From: Candidatus Saccharimonadia bacterium
GTDB lineage: Bacteria; Patescibacteriota; Saccharimonadia; UBA4664
Assembly (NCBI GenBank): GCA_035544015.1
Contig: DATKIP010000076.1
Span: forward strand, 256,299-320,298
Direction: 5' to 3'
Length of the DNA: 64,000 nt
Shown: piece by piece, positions 29,075 to 39,300 of the stretch
Position numbering within the stretch: the first letter of the stretch is position 1
Layout: every line of letters starts with the position of its first letter
The notes under the pieces: generated by a model
Told to the model about the DNA's origin: nothing
Database searches by the model: none
Seen by the model: the letters and a program-made list of their open reading frames with translations, nothing else
Position numbers and translations under genes: made by a program

Positions 29075-29375
29075 CCGGCAGACTATCCGCCGTTTCGCGA
29101 ATCAACCTCGCCATCCACGCCGCATCGTCCCAGTAATCTTCGGGCACCCGAATCGAAGGCTTAGCCCCGGGATAGGCCGGGTAGTCATACGACTCGTCCA
29201 GATACGGACGGCTCGCGGAAGTGATCTTTACGTACAGCTGATCGTCGCAAATGAGCGCCACCACCTTGTCGTCGCAGTACAGCGCATATTCCCCAAACAT
29301 GGCTCGTGTGCGAATGTTGCCCGCGCCCGCGGTTTGTTCCGCCAAAAATTCTACCGTGCGTTTATCGGTCGCCAT
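29061..29375 (-). CDS. TfoX N-terminal-domain-like protein
   Basis: 104 aa: ...IRTRAMFGEYALYCDDKVVALICDDQLYVK..., characteristic TfoX_N block. Confidence 0.45.
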   Translation of the reverse strand: MATDKRTVEFLAEQTAGAGNIRTRAMFGEYALYCDDKVVALICDDQLYVKITSASRPYLDESYDYPAYPGAKPSIRVPEDYWDDAAWMARLIRETADSLPAKKA

Positions 29376-29390
29376 CGCGTTACGTCCTAA

Positions 29391-30992
29391 TTACCGCAGC
29401 ACGTCGTCACGCTTATCGCGCAAAAACGCATTCCACTGCTCAATAATCCGCAGCAGCGTCTTAAACGGTGTCTCGATAATAATGTCCAAAATCGCCGTAA
29501 AAATATTAATCCGGCTATAGCGTTCGGCCAGCCATTGCCCCGTGCGAATGAACGGCGTCAGCAAAAAATCGCTAAAACTCGTGAGCAGCCCGGCCTCCTC
29601 CTCGATCACCGCGTACTCCCGCACCGAATACGAGATGCGGTAGGCAAAAAAGCTAACGGTCGACAAAAACACAAAGAAAATAATCCCGCTCACGATATTA
29701 AACCCGGCCAGACGCAGCAAGTACGAAATCCCGGCCAGCGTCGCTAGTGAGGTCACACCGTAAACAAAACTAAAGGCCTGCCGCGTCATCGAGCGCCGGC
29801 CTCGAGTACGCAGCGAGTACACCAGCGGTTGGTCCGATTCGTAAACAATGCGCTTGAGATCGCTCAAAATCTTGGTCGTATTGCGCTGGCCCGGAATTTT
29901 AATACCAAAGCCCACCATCGCCATATAAAACGGCGGGAAAGCCAAATTTATCGCCAACGGCACGTAGCTAATGGCCCCGTACACAAACATCTCATACGGC
30001 ACTTCCACGAGAATCCCCAACACCATTTTGGTCACAAACAAAAAGATAACGGCTTGAATCACGCTCCGCCGCAGCCGGCCCGACACCACTTGGTATTGTT
30101 GCTCGGCCACGCTGCGGGCTTTTTCCATCAGCACGGTCGGGGTAGTCGCCAGCTGCTCCAATCCTTCGGTGCTGGTTTTGATAATCTCGCGCAATATCAG
30201 ATACGGCGCGATGTGCCGCCGCACCAGGCGGAACATTTTGTGGGGCCGCGTACCTCCCGTTTGCTCGGCCAGCTGCGCATTGAGCTCGGCAAAATGCCCG
30301 GCCGCAGCCGCCAGCTGCTCGTCGTCTTCGAGCCAGCGCGGGAACGCCCGCGAAAACACGCCGTACCGAATCGTCGCGATATCAGATTTGAGCAGGGCCT
30401 TGTGCGCGGCCGCATAGAGCGCCAGCTGGTCTTCCTTGGCCACATCCGCATGTCGAATGAACGACGCGTAAGTGAACTCCACAATCGCCGCCTCGCTGGG
30501 GCTGGGCAGCAAGGCGCGCTCCAGTTCCACCGAGAGCAGCTGCACGATGGCCGCCGCCACCGCCTCTTCGTCGGCCCCGCCCTGGCTCAGCGCCCCTTGC
30601 TGTAAGGCGGCGTAGCGTCCCACCAGGTAATCCAAGTAAGCCACTTCGTCGTCCGTGACCGTGTCGTTGTGCAGGTAGCGCGTTTTGGTGAGCTCACTTA
30701 CGAGCTCAAACCCCAGGCCGTCAGTGTCGGCCGACTTGAGCTCGCGCAGCAAAAACCGCTCGATCGCCCCGCGCACAAACAGGTGCTGCTCGCGATATTC
30801 CACGGCGTTGCGGATTTGTTCATAAAAAAAATGCGCCCCGGCCGTAATTTCGGGCACATGAATTTTGACACCACTCCACGTCGGCCGCGACCGATGGCGC
30901 AGCAGCTGCACGAGGCCCTGCATGAGGGGTGAAAGTTTCGGAGCCGTCTCGGTAGGAGTGGTCTGGGCCTGGCTCTCAAGCGGATTTCGCAT
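29391..30992 (-). CDS. Hypothetical protein with an N-terminal soluble domain and C-terminal multi-TM region
   Basis: Real 3-prime part of the 939-aa ORF 29391..32210. Trimmed to the Met at MRNPLESQ because upstream codons are antisense to pgi. Possible later start at MQGLVQ. Confidence 0.4.
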   Translation of the reverse strand: MRNPLESQAQTTPTETAPKLSPLMQGLVQLLRHRSRPTWSGVKIHVPEITAGAHFFYEQIRNAVEYREQHLFVRGAIERFLLRELKSADTDGLGFELVSELTKTRYLHNDTVTDDEVAYLDYLVGRYAALQQGALSQGGADEEAVAAAIVQLLSVELERALLPSPSEAAIVEFTYASFIRHADVAKEDQLALYAAAHKALLKSDIATIRYGVFSRAFPRWLEDDEQLAAAAGHFAELNAQLAEQTGGTRPHKMFRLVRRHIAPYLILREIIKTSTEGLEQLATTPTVLMEKARSVAEQQYQVVSGRLRRSVIQAVIFLFVTKMVLGILVEVPYEMFVYGAISYVPLAINLAFPPFYMAMVGFGIKIPGQRNTTKILSDLKRIVYESDQPLVYSLRTRGRRSMTRQAFSFVYGVTSLATLAGISYLLRLAGFNIVSGIIFFVFLSTVSFFAYRISYSVREYAVIEEEAGLLTSFSDFLLTPFIRTGQWLAERYSRINIFTAILDIIIETPFKTLLRIIEQWNAFLRDKRDDVLR

Positions 30993-31025
30993 ACAACAAT
31001 TATACCAAACATGTACAATCGAACC

Positions 31026-32606
31026 ATGAAACTCACCAATCTGCCCGAATGGAAGTCCCTCGAGCAACATCACGTTACCGTCAAAGATATGCACCTGCGC
31101 GAATTGTTTGCCGCTAGCCCCGGCCGGGCCGAGGTACTCAGCCTCGAAGTCGGCGACATTTTCGCCGACTATTCCAAAAACCGGCTCACGGTCACCACGC
31201 TTGAACTGCTCGTGGATTTGGCGCGCGCGGCCGGCGTGGAGCGCCTGCGCGACGACATGTTCGCCGGCGTCCCCATCAATACCACCGAGAATCGCGCCGT
31301 GCTCCACACAGCCCTGCGCCGCCCCGCCTCGGCCGGCCCACTCGTGGTAGACGGCGCCGATGTGATGCCCGCCGTTCACGAGGTGCTCGACCGCATGGGC
31401 GCCTTTGCCGAAGCCGTGCGCTCCGGCGAGTGGCGCGGCCACACGGACAAGCGCATCACCACCGTCATCAACATCGGCATCGGCGGCTCCGACCTCGGCC
31501 CGGTAATGGCCTATGAGGCCCTGCGCTTCTACGCACAGCGCGATCTCACGGTGAAATTCGTCTCCAACATCGACGCCACCCACCTCGTAGAAGCCACCCG
31601 CGGCCTCGACCCAGCCGAAACACTCTTTATCATCGCGTCCAAAACCTTCACCACGGACGAAACCATGACCAACGCGGCATCGGCCCGCGAGTGGCTGCTG
31701 GCCGCCCTCCACGACGAAGCCGCCGTGGCCAAGCACTTTGTGGCCGTATCCACCAACGCCGAAGCGGTGACCGCCTTCGGCATAGACCCGGCCAACATGT
31801 TTGGCTTTTGGGATTGGGTCGGCGGCCGGTACTCGCTCACTTCGGCCATCGGCCTGTCGCTCATGGTCGCCATCGGCCGCGACCACTTCGCCGATCTGCT
31901 CGCCGGCTTCCACGCCATGGACAGGCACTTCCGCACCGCCCCGCTCGAGCACAACCTGCCCGTCACCCTGGCCCTCATCGGCCTCTGGTACACCAATTTC
32001 TTCCATGCCGAAACCGAAGCCATCCTCCCCTACGACCAATACCTCAGCCGTTTCCCAGCTTATTTTCAGCAAGGCAACATGGAATCCAACGGCAAGTCCG
32101 TCACCAAGGCCGGCGAACCAGTCGATTACGCCACCGGCCCGGTTGTCTGGGGCGAGCCCGGCACCAACGGCCAGCACGCCTTTTACCAGCTCATCCACCA
32201 AGGCACGCACCTCGTCCCCGCCGATTTTATTGGCTTCACCAAGCCACTAAACCCACTCGGCCAACACCACCCCAAGCTCATGGCCAACCTCCTGGCCCAA
32301 ACCGAAGCCCTCGCCTTCGGCAAAGCCTCGGATGAGCCCCACCGCAATTTCCCCGGCAACCACCCCACCAACACCCTCCTCGTCACCCAGCTCACCCCCC
32401 ACACCCTCGGCCAGCTCATCGCCCTCTACGAGCACAAAATTTTCGTCCAAGGCGCCATCTGGCAAATCGATTCCTTCGACCAATGGGGCGTCGAGCTCGG
32501 CAAAGTCCTGGCCAAAACCATTTACACTGACCTGCAAGCCGGTCACCCTTCCGAGCACGACAGCTCCACCGCGCAACTCATCGAGCGCTACCTTCACGGC
32601 CGCTAA
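31026..32606 (+). CDS. pgi: Glucose-6-phosphate isomerase
   Basis: Full-length match to bacterial Pgi ([28 protein letters not shown] blocks). Start at MKLTNLPEW (alternative ATG at 31011). Confidence 0.9.
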   Translation: MKLTNLPEWKSLEQHHVTVKDMHLRELFAASPGRAEVLSLEVGDIFADYSKNRLTVTTLELLVDLARAAGVERLRDDMFAGVPINTTENRAVLHTALRRPASAGPLVVDGADVMPAVHEVLDRMGAFAEAVRSGEWRGHTDKRITTVINIGIGGSDLGPVMAYEALRFYAQRDLTVKFVSNIDATHLVEATRGLDPAETLFIIASKTFTTDETMTNAASAREWLLAALHDEAAVAKHFVAVSTNAEAVTAFGIDPANMFGFWDWVGGRYSLTSAIGLSLMVAIGRDHFADLLAGFHAMDRHFRTAPLEHNLPVTLALIGLWYTNFFHAETEAILPYDQYLSRFPAYFQQGNMESNGKSVTKAGEPVDYATGPVVWGEPGTNGQHAFYQLIHQGTHLVPADFIGFTKPLNPLGQHHPKLMANLLAQTEALAFGKASDEPHRNFPGNHPTNTLLVTQLTPHTLGQLIALYEHKIFVQGAIWQIDSFDQWGVELGKVLAKTIYTDLQAGHPSEHDSSTAQLIERYLHGR

Positions 32607-32617
32607 CCACGCTACAT

Positions 32618-32645
32618 TTGCAAAAAATTATTTCCCCCTTATAAT
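32618..32645 (+). promoter_or_regulatory. Sigma70-like promoter TTGCAA-16nt-TATAAT
   Basis: Near-consensus hexamers downstream of pgi, about 60 nt upstream of the small ORF at 32709. Approximate coordinates. Confidence 0.45.
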
Positions 32646-32708
32646 CCATACCGGCCGGATGGTCCGGCAGTGGTTTGGTCGCTCTGTAGAGCAGATAAGG
32701 GCACATAG

Positions 32709-32933
32709 ATGAATACTCTGTTCAGTAGGCCGGGCAGCACCTCGCGCACAAGCGGCCGCAACCGGCCGTCCTTGTGGTTTGTCCTCCTGTGTGTTGGGAT
32801 CGTGCTGGCCGCCCTCGCGTGGCGGAGCTCCTCGGCCGGTCCCCCGTCCAATTCTCGGCCCGGTCGGCCCGCCGTTCACTCAACCGTCGTCCACCACCCG
32901 CCGACGACACCAGCGCACACCCCGAACCACTAG
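32709..32933 (+). CDS. Small membrane protein (hypothetical)
   Basis: 74 aa with one TM helix (LWFVLLCVGIVLAALAW), preceded by a strong promoter-like element. Pro/Ser-rich tail lowers confidence. Confidence 0.3.
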   Translation: MNTLFSRPGSTSRTSGRNRPSLWFVLLCVGIVLAALAWRSSSAGPPSNSRPGRPAVHSTVVHHPPTTPAHTPNH

Positions 32934-33024
32934 CACCACCTCCGGCACCCGTCGGGATGAGGCCACACGGCCACATCCCGACGGCCAGCCCCTCGTCATG
33001 CACTCAGCAAAGTTCTTCTATACT

Positions 33025-33531
33025 ATGATCATGCCATCCCTTCGCATTCAAGTCGAAACAACCCCTTCGCCCGCCATTCAGGCCAAAGTAGCAGCATTTC
33101 TCACCGGCCATTGGGGCAGCACATCTATCGTATCCAAAGGCCGACTTCATAACGCCTCCACGCTGCCGCGCGTGGCTGCGCTCACTGATCAAGACGAACT
33201 GGCTGGCCTAGCCACCTTCAGTATCGATACATCAGCCCACGCCTGCGAAATTGTCTCGCTCAACGCCGACCCACCTGGCACCGGCTTGGGCGCCAGCCTC
33301 ATCACGGCCGTAGAATCCGCCGCCAAAGCCGCGGGCTGTCACAAAACCTGGCTCATCACCACCAACTCCAATCCCGAAGCCGCCGCGTTCTACACTAAAC
33401 ACGGGTACCGGCTCGTCGCCGTACACCTCGACGCGCTTACGCAGTCGCGCCGGCTCAAACCCCAGATCCCCCTCCAAGACGATCGCGGCATCCCCCTGCT
33501 CGACGAATGGGAATTCGAAAAATCTCTCTAG
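33025..33531 (+). CDS. GNAT-family N-acetyltransferase
   Basis: ORF 32779..33531 trimmed to MIMPSLRIQ. Acetyl-CoA binding motif A-like region (GTGLGASLITAVE) and C-terminal FYTKHGYRLV. Confidence 0.65.
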   Translation: MIMPSLRIQVETTPSPAIQAKVAAFLTGHWGSTSIVSKGRLHNASTLPRVAALTDQDELAGLATFSIDTSAHACEIVSLNADPPGTGLGASLITAVESAAKAAGCHKTWLITTNSNPEAAAFYTKHGYRLVAVHLDALTQSRRLKPQIPLQDDRGIPLLDEWEFEKSL

Positions 33532-33557
33532 TACGCCGTTCGTAGCGCAGACTCGCC

Positions 33558-33593
33558 AAAAAATGACACAAAGTGTCAAAAATTCCCCATGCA
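33558..33593. repeat. Copy 1 of a conserved AT-rich palindromic element (AAAAAATGACA-N5-TGTCAAAAAT + TCCCCATGC)
   Basis: Near-identical to the elements at about 44195 and 60455. Lies between the convergent GNAT and S8 protease genes. Approximate coordinates. Confidence 0.6.
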
Positions 33594-33681
33594 CAGAGCA
33601 CTACTCAACCATCGCTGAGGTTTACACGCCCGCCGAACCCCACATGATCACCAAGCTTTCTCGGAGCTAATCCCTATCGCC

Positions 33682-36054
33682 CTACTCCGGCAGCAACGCA
33701 AATGTCTCACTAGCGCTAGCCGGCGCTGTGCAAAGCCCCGAGACCAGGCTGCCCGTTAAGCTAATGTGATACAGCCCCAGCTGCTTATAGGTGTGGCTGC
33801 CATAAGTCGCCACCTTATCAGTAGCACTGCCCGGCAGGGTATAATCGCTCGCCGTCCCGTCGCCCCACACCGCGTGCACACCATAGGTGCAGTCCGACGT
33901 GTCGCCGCGATACGTCGCCTGCACCGTCACCGTCGGATCAGTACTCTCGCATTGCGTCAGATGCCCGCCGCCAAACACGCACGGCACTGAGCTGGGTGGA
34001 AAGCAGCGCACCGCTTCCGGCGCGCTAATTACATGGAAGCTCTGCCCAGGCACCGGCTTGCCGTACGTATTAGCGGCGTTCACAATGCACTGCCGCACCT
34101 CCCCAGCCGACATGTCTGGATGCTTCGCCAGCACCAGGCCCGCCAGTCCGCTCACAAACGGCGCGGCCAAAGACGTTCCCGATGCGGTCGTATATTGCGG
34201 TCCGCAATTGGTAATGACCACAAAACACGTTGTGCCGGACGTGGTGTAAATGTCCTTCCCCGGCGCCGCCACGGTGATGAGCGAACCAAAGTCCGATCCG
34301 CCCTGTTTCCCCAAGAACGACTCATCCCACAGGCCACCCGTCTGGTCGATGGCCGCCACCGCCATTGTATTGTCTGGATAGTCCCGCACGATGCTGGCCG
34401 GCGCCGAGTATTTAACATCGCGGCATTCATTGCCTGCCGCAAACACCCACAGCACGTCCTTGCCGGTGAGCTTGGCCCACTCAATGCCGTACTTAAAGAT
34501 ACCGTCGTACAAGCGCGCATCCTGCTCGGTCTGAGCGTTGCCCGGCTTCGTGCAGTCATTATTATCAATCCACTGCAGACTCATATTCACCACCTGCATG
34601 TCATCGTTGGCCGCGGCTTGCATCATTTCCACCGCCCGGATCGCGCTGCGCCGGCTGTCTTGCTCATTGGCCTCTCCATGGGTAAAGCCCACCGAGTAGT
34701 TGGAGAGCGCACAACGCCAGTTCATCCCGGCAATGCCCTTGCCATTGTTGCCGCTGGCACAGATCGGCCCCGCCACCATGCTGCCGTGGATTGCGTCGGT
34801 GATGGCATTCGTCTCCGATCGATAGCCCTTGGTCGCCACGATGTTGCCCACCAAATCCTCATGCTTCGAATTAAACCGCGCATCGATCACCCCCATGCGC
34901 ACATTCGGACTGCCCGTAGTAATGTCCCAGGCACTCGGCGCCTTAATGTACTCCCAGCTCCAATTGTTGCCGGCCGGGTGAGCCTCATCCCAGGAGTTAA
35001 ATTTGGGGTCATCGGGAATCGCCGCCTCAGCTGCCGACACCGGGTCTGGCGACGCCAACTGCACATCGGCAAGCCCAGCCACCTGCCCGCGGATTGCCTC
35101 CAGCTGATCCAAGCTCGCTACCTGGTAGCGTAGCTGATACAAGTGCAGGCTCGGCACCGACCCCATGATCACCGCGTGCGTCTGCGAGGCAATGTCCTTG
35201 ATGCGCTGGTCGGCGTTGACCAGCCCGAGGCCTAGCCCCACGATGAGCTCATCCTTGGCCACATCCACGCCCCGTAGCGATGCGATGCGCGCCTCCGACG
35301 GCAGGGCGCTGGTGGACGGGACCACGTTGCTGGTCGCCACCCGGGCCGTCACCTTCATGCTCGCGCGCGCCATCACCCGCCCGTCCGACCGCACCTCGAT
35401 CGTGCCCGTGTACTTGCCGCCCGACCGTTTGTCCGGCACTGTCACCGTGGCCGGCAGCACGTACGCCACGCCAGCCGCAATGTCCGTCAGCCCGTCGGCC
35501 TCTACCGCCACCAGCTTCGCGAGCTCGCCTGTCGCCCTCAGGCTCACCTTGCTCAATGCCACCTTCGATGTCAGCGTCAGTTCCAGGCTCGTGTCCGTCC
35601 CCGCCAGCCCCTCCACTGCGATCGGGTCAGGAGCCCAAACCACCCGGTCCGGCAACGTCACGATCACAGCGCGAGAACGGGCCACCTCATGGTTATGGCT
35701 GCTATAAATCTTGGCCTCAATCTTCAGCCTCTGGGTGTGCATATCGTTATAAAACGGCGCCAAGGGCACTGTCACCGTGGTCGTGCTCGCCGTGGCCGGG
35801 GGCACCATCTGCACCTGGCGCGTCGATCCGTTCACGATCACCTCCACCGCCGTTACCGGCTTGCCCGTTCGCCCAGAGGCGTAGTCGGCTCGGACCTTCA
35901 CATAATCCTTAGCATCATCAATGCTAGCCACCACCGCCACCTTGGCCGGTTGCCCGCCGTCCCCAAACCCCGGCCACAAATTCGCCGCCCCCGCTGACGC
36001 CGGCAGTGCTGCCACCAATAACAATCCAAAAAAAGATAGAAGTTTATATCGCAT
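33682..36054 (-). CDS. Secreted subtilisin-like serine protease (peptidase S8) with a long N-terminal region and a Cys-rich C-terminal extension
   Basis: ORF trimmed to MRYKLLSFFGLLLVAALPASAGA (signal peptide, GAAGG SD). Catalytic triad blocks GVIDARF (Asp), HGSMVAG (His), GTSLAAPFVSG (Ser). Confidence 0.8.
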   Translation of the reverse strand: MRYKLLSFFGLLLVAALPASAGAANLWPGFGDGGQPAKVAVVASIDDAKDYVKVRADYASGRTGKPVTAVEVIVNGSTRQVQMVPPATASTTTVTVPLAPFYNDMHTQRLKIEAKIYSSHNHEVARSRAVIVTLPDRVVWAPDPIAVEGLAGTDTSLELTLTSKVALSKVSLRATGELAKLVAVEADGLTDIAAGVAYVLPATVTVPDKRSGGKYTGTIEVRSDGRVMARASMKVTARVATSNVVPSTSALPSEARIASLRGVDVAKDELIVGLGLGLVNADQRIKDIASQTHAVIMGSVPSLHLYQLRYQVASLDQLEAIRGQVAGLADVQLASPDPVSAAEAAIPDDPKFNSWDEAHPAGNNWSWEYIKAPSAWDITTGSPNVRMGVIDARFNSKHEDLVGNIVATKGYRSETNAITDAIHGSMVAGPICASGNNGKGIAGMNWRCALSNYSVGFTHGEANEQDSRRSAIRAVEMMQAAANDDMQVVNMSLQWIDNNDCTKPGNAQTEQDARLYDGIFKYGIEWAKLTGKDVLWVFAAGNECRDVKYSAPASIVRDYPDNTMAVAAIDQTGGLWDESFLGKQGGSDFGSLITVAAPGKDIYTTSGTTCFVVITNCGPQYTTASGTSLAAPFVSGLAGLVLAKHPDMSAGEVRQCIVNAANTYGKPVPGQSFHVISAPEAVRCFPPSSVPCVFGGGHLTQCESTDPTVTVQATYRGDTSDCTYGVHAVWGDGTASDYTLPGSATDKVATYGSHTYKQLGLYHISLTGSLVSGLCTAPASASETFALLPE

Positions 36055-36136
36055 GCCTTCTATGATAATAAACAGCCCATCGCCCTGGCAACGACTTCTT
36101 GTGCTAAAGTGCAAGCATTACAAAAGCGAGGGCATC

Positions 36137-36226
36137 ATGGGTAAAGGCAAAGATAAAGGCACCAAAAGCAACCGGGAGGCCAAAAAGCCCAAGGGACCCA
36201 AGAAAGAAAAGAAGCCCAAAGTTTAA
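36137..36226 (+). CDS. Very small lysine-rich basic protein (hypothetical)
   Basis: 29 aa: MGKGKDKGTKSNREAKKPKGPKKEKKPKV. GAGGG SD about 6 nt upstream. Followed by a long hairpin. Confidence 0.25.
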   Translation: MGKGKDKGTKSNREAKKPKGPKKEKKPKV

Positions 36227-36245
36227 TCAAGCGGGGTAGGCGAAA

Positions 36246-36337
36246 GGAAAAGCCCCAACCCGCCGGCAACGCCCGACAACCACTGCATCGTTAAACGTAG
36301 AAGGTAGAGTTCGTTGACAAGGGTTGGGGCTTTTCCT
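36246..36337. terminator. Long extended hairpin (16-bp perfect outer stem GGAAAAGCCCCAACCC / GGGTTGGGGCTTTTCC, ~60-nt interior with nested pairing)
   Basis: Between the small basic ORF (+) and the purL 3-prime end (-). Could serve as a bidirectional terminator or be a structured RNA. Approximate coordinates. Confidence 0.4.
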
Positions 36338-36358
36338 GCAGCAAAAACAGTGCGCTTA

Positions 36359-39300
36359 CTAATCCTCGCGCTCGCACCAAGCGCGCGCATTCTGAAACAT
36401 CCGCAGCCACGGACTCGCCTCAAACCCCTGCCATTCCGTCGGCAGCCACGGCCACTGCCATAGCGCATTGGCCATGCGCTCCGGGTGCGGCATCATGGCC
36501 AGATGGCGGCCGTCGGGTGAGCACAGCGCCGTGATGCCTTCGGGGCTGCCGTTGGGGTTAAACGGATAGGCCGTGGTCGGCCCGCCGTCGGGCTCCACAA
36601 AGCGCAGGGGCGCCAAATTGCCCGCACGAATATCGCGCAGCACCTCCGGCGTCGGCACGTGCAGCCGGCCTTCGCCGTGCGCCACCCATACCCCGAGCCG
36701 CGAGCCCTCCATGCCAGCGAGCATGATCGCCGGGCTCGGTCCAATCTCTACCGTTGCCAGCCGCGACTCAAACCGGCCCGACGCGTTCTGCACAAACCGC
36801 GGCTTCTCGTCGTCCGGCAGCTGCGCAAACGGCGCCCAACCCAACAGTGCCATGAGCTGCGCCCCGTTGCATACGCCGAGCGAAAACGTGTCGGTGCGGG
36901 CATAAAAGCTCGCAAACTGATCCGCCAGGACCGGGTTAAATCGAATGACTCCGGCCGAACCCTTACCCGCGTCGAGCACGTCGCCAAAGGAAAACCCACC
37001 CGGAAACGCCACGCCGCGAAATTGCTCCAACCCCACGCTGCCCGTTAGCAAATCGCTCATGGTAACGTCCCAGGCCTCAAAACCGGCCGCCACAAACGCC
37101 GCCGCCATCTCGCGGTCGCCGTTGGTGCCGGCTTCGCGCAGCACCGCCACCTTGGGCGCCGCCAATCCCGGCCCAATAACGGTCGCCGCGGAGGGCGAGA
37201 CCGGCTTAAAGGTCAAATGCCAGCGCGGATTCACGCGCGGCGCGGCCATCACCGCCGCCTCATCGGCCACCAGTTTGGGGTTGGCCTGGAGCGCGTCGAG
37301 TCGGCTACTAGTGGCTTCCCAGAGCCCGCGCAGCTCGTGCAGCGGTACATCGACCAGCGCGTGGCCGCCGGCGCTCACGCGCACCGGAGCGCCCGCCTCG
37401 CCCACGCGCCCCACCGTGGTGTGCGCTACGCCGTCGCTGTCGAGCTCAGCCCGCACTGCCTCGGCCGCGGCCGGCGCCACTTCGAGCAGCACGCCCAGTT
37501 CTTCGCAAAACAGTGCCGCCAGCGGCTCCTCCGCACCCGGCAGCTCAAGCTCCAGGCCCAGGTTACCCGCCAGTGCCATCTCGATAGCCGTCACCACCAA
37601 GCCGCCGTCGCTGCGGTCGTGGAGCGCGCGCACGCGACCGCGCCGAATCAGCCCCTGCACGCTCACAAACGCTTGCCCCAGCACGGCCGGGTCATCGAGG
37701 TCGGGCGCCTCGTCGCCGATTTGCCCGTAGGCCTGCGCCAGCGCCGAGCCACCCAGCCGTGTGTGCCCGCCGCTCAAATCTACCAATATCAAAACATTGC
37801 CCGCACCCTTAAAATCGGGCGTGATTTTTTGGCGTACGTCCGGCATCACCGCATACGGCGCTACCACCAGCTGCCCCGGCGCCTTCACCATACCCCCTGG
37901 GGTTTGAGCGGCCATCGAGAGGCTGTCCTTGCCACCGTCCACCGCCATCCCCAGCGCGGTCATGGTGTCGCTCATGGCGACCGCCGCTTCATAGAGCCGC
38001 GCGCCCTCGCCCTCGAGCTTGGCCGGCCACATCCAGTTGGCGCTGGCCCGCACATCGCCCAGGTCCGAAATCCGCGCGCCCATCAGGTTGGTAATCGCCT
38101 CGCCCACCGTCATGCGGCCCTGCGCGCCCGGCGAGACCAGCCCAATGAGCGGCCGCTCGCCCTGGCTCACCACGGTACCGCTGTTGCCAAAGAGGCTATG
38201 CGCCACCACGCCGTAATCCGCCAGCGGGGTCTCGAGCGGTCCCACCCCTTGCTGCTGCGCGACGAGCCCGGTCACGCTCCGGTCAACCTTGCGCGTCAGC
38301 CAGCTTTTGGAGCCCACGCTCACCAGCCGCAGTACCCGCTCGAGCGCCTGGCGCACCGTCAGGTCGGCGGGCAACTTCAGCGGCCGCAGCACTGGCGGCT
38401 GCGTGGTGAGCTCCACCGTTTTGGCCACCGAGTCACCCAAGACAGCCTCAAGCGGCAGGTTTACCGGCGTCGTATCGTCGGTCGCATCGTGCACCACCAG
38501 CTGCCCATCACCGGTGATTTCGCCCACCACTGCCACCGGCGCTTTCTCGCGCGCGCAAATTGCCTCAAACCGCGCCAAATCCTCGGGCCGCAGTAGCAGC
38601 GCATCGCGCTCCTGCGATTCATTGCCCCAGATTTCCAGCACCGACAGCGTGGCGTCGCCCACCGGAATCGCGCGTAGCTCGATACGCCCGCCCACGGGGT
38701 TGGCAATCTCCGGCAGGGCATTCGAATCGCCGCCGGCGCCTAAATCGTGCGCCGACACAATCGGGTTACTCGCGCCCAGCTCCACGCAGGTGCGAATCAC
38801 GCGCCCCAGCCGCTGCTCCATCTCGGGGTCGCCGCGTTGCACCGCATTAAAATCGAGGGCCGCCGAGTTGTCACCGCTCATGAGCGAGCTGGCCGCACCT
38901 CCGCCCATGCCGATCCGGTACGCCGGGCCACCCACCTGCACGATGAGCATTCTTGGCTCGGGAAGGCCTTTTTCGGCATGATTCGCATCAAGCATACCCA
39001 CGCCCTCGCTGTACATCACCGGCTTAAACCATGCCCGGTAGCCGCCCGGCGTGGTTTGGCCGAACGTCCGCACGTGTCCCAAGAGCACCGGCTCGCCAAA
39101 GCAGTTACCGTAATCCGAGGCGCCATTCGAAGCCTCGATCAGAATGTCGAGCGGCGAAGCCAAATTCTCCGGATGCGCCACGCCGTCTTTCTCCCAGGGC
39201 AGTTCGTAGCCGGGAATGTGCAAATTCCCCACGCTGTAGCCCACCCCGCTCGCCACCACTAGGCCACCCCGCCCCACCGCCTGATTGTCGCGAATCCGCC

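Noticed and set aside
31011-32210. 5-prime 1.2 kb of the 939-aa minus-strand ORF 29391..32210
   Set aside because: It is antisense to the well-supported pgi gene and has a Gly/Ala/Val-rich, low-complexity composition typical of shadow ORFs in high-GC DNA. Only the 3-prime part (29391..30992) was kept.
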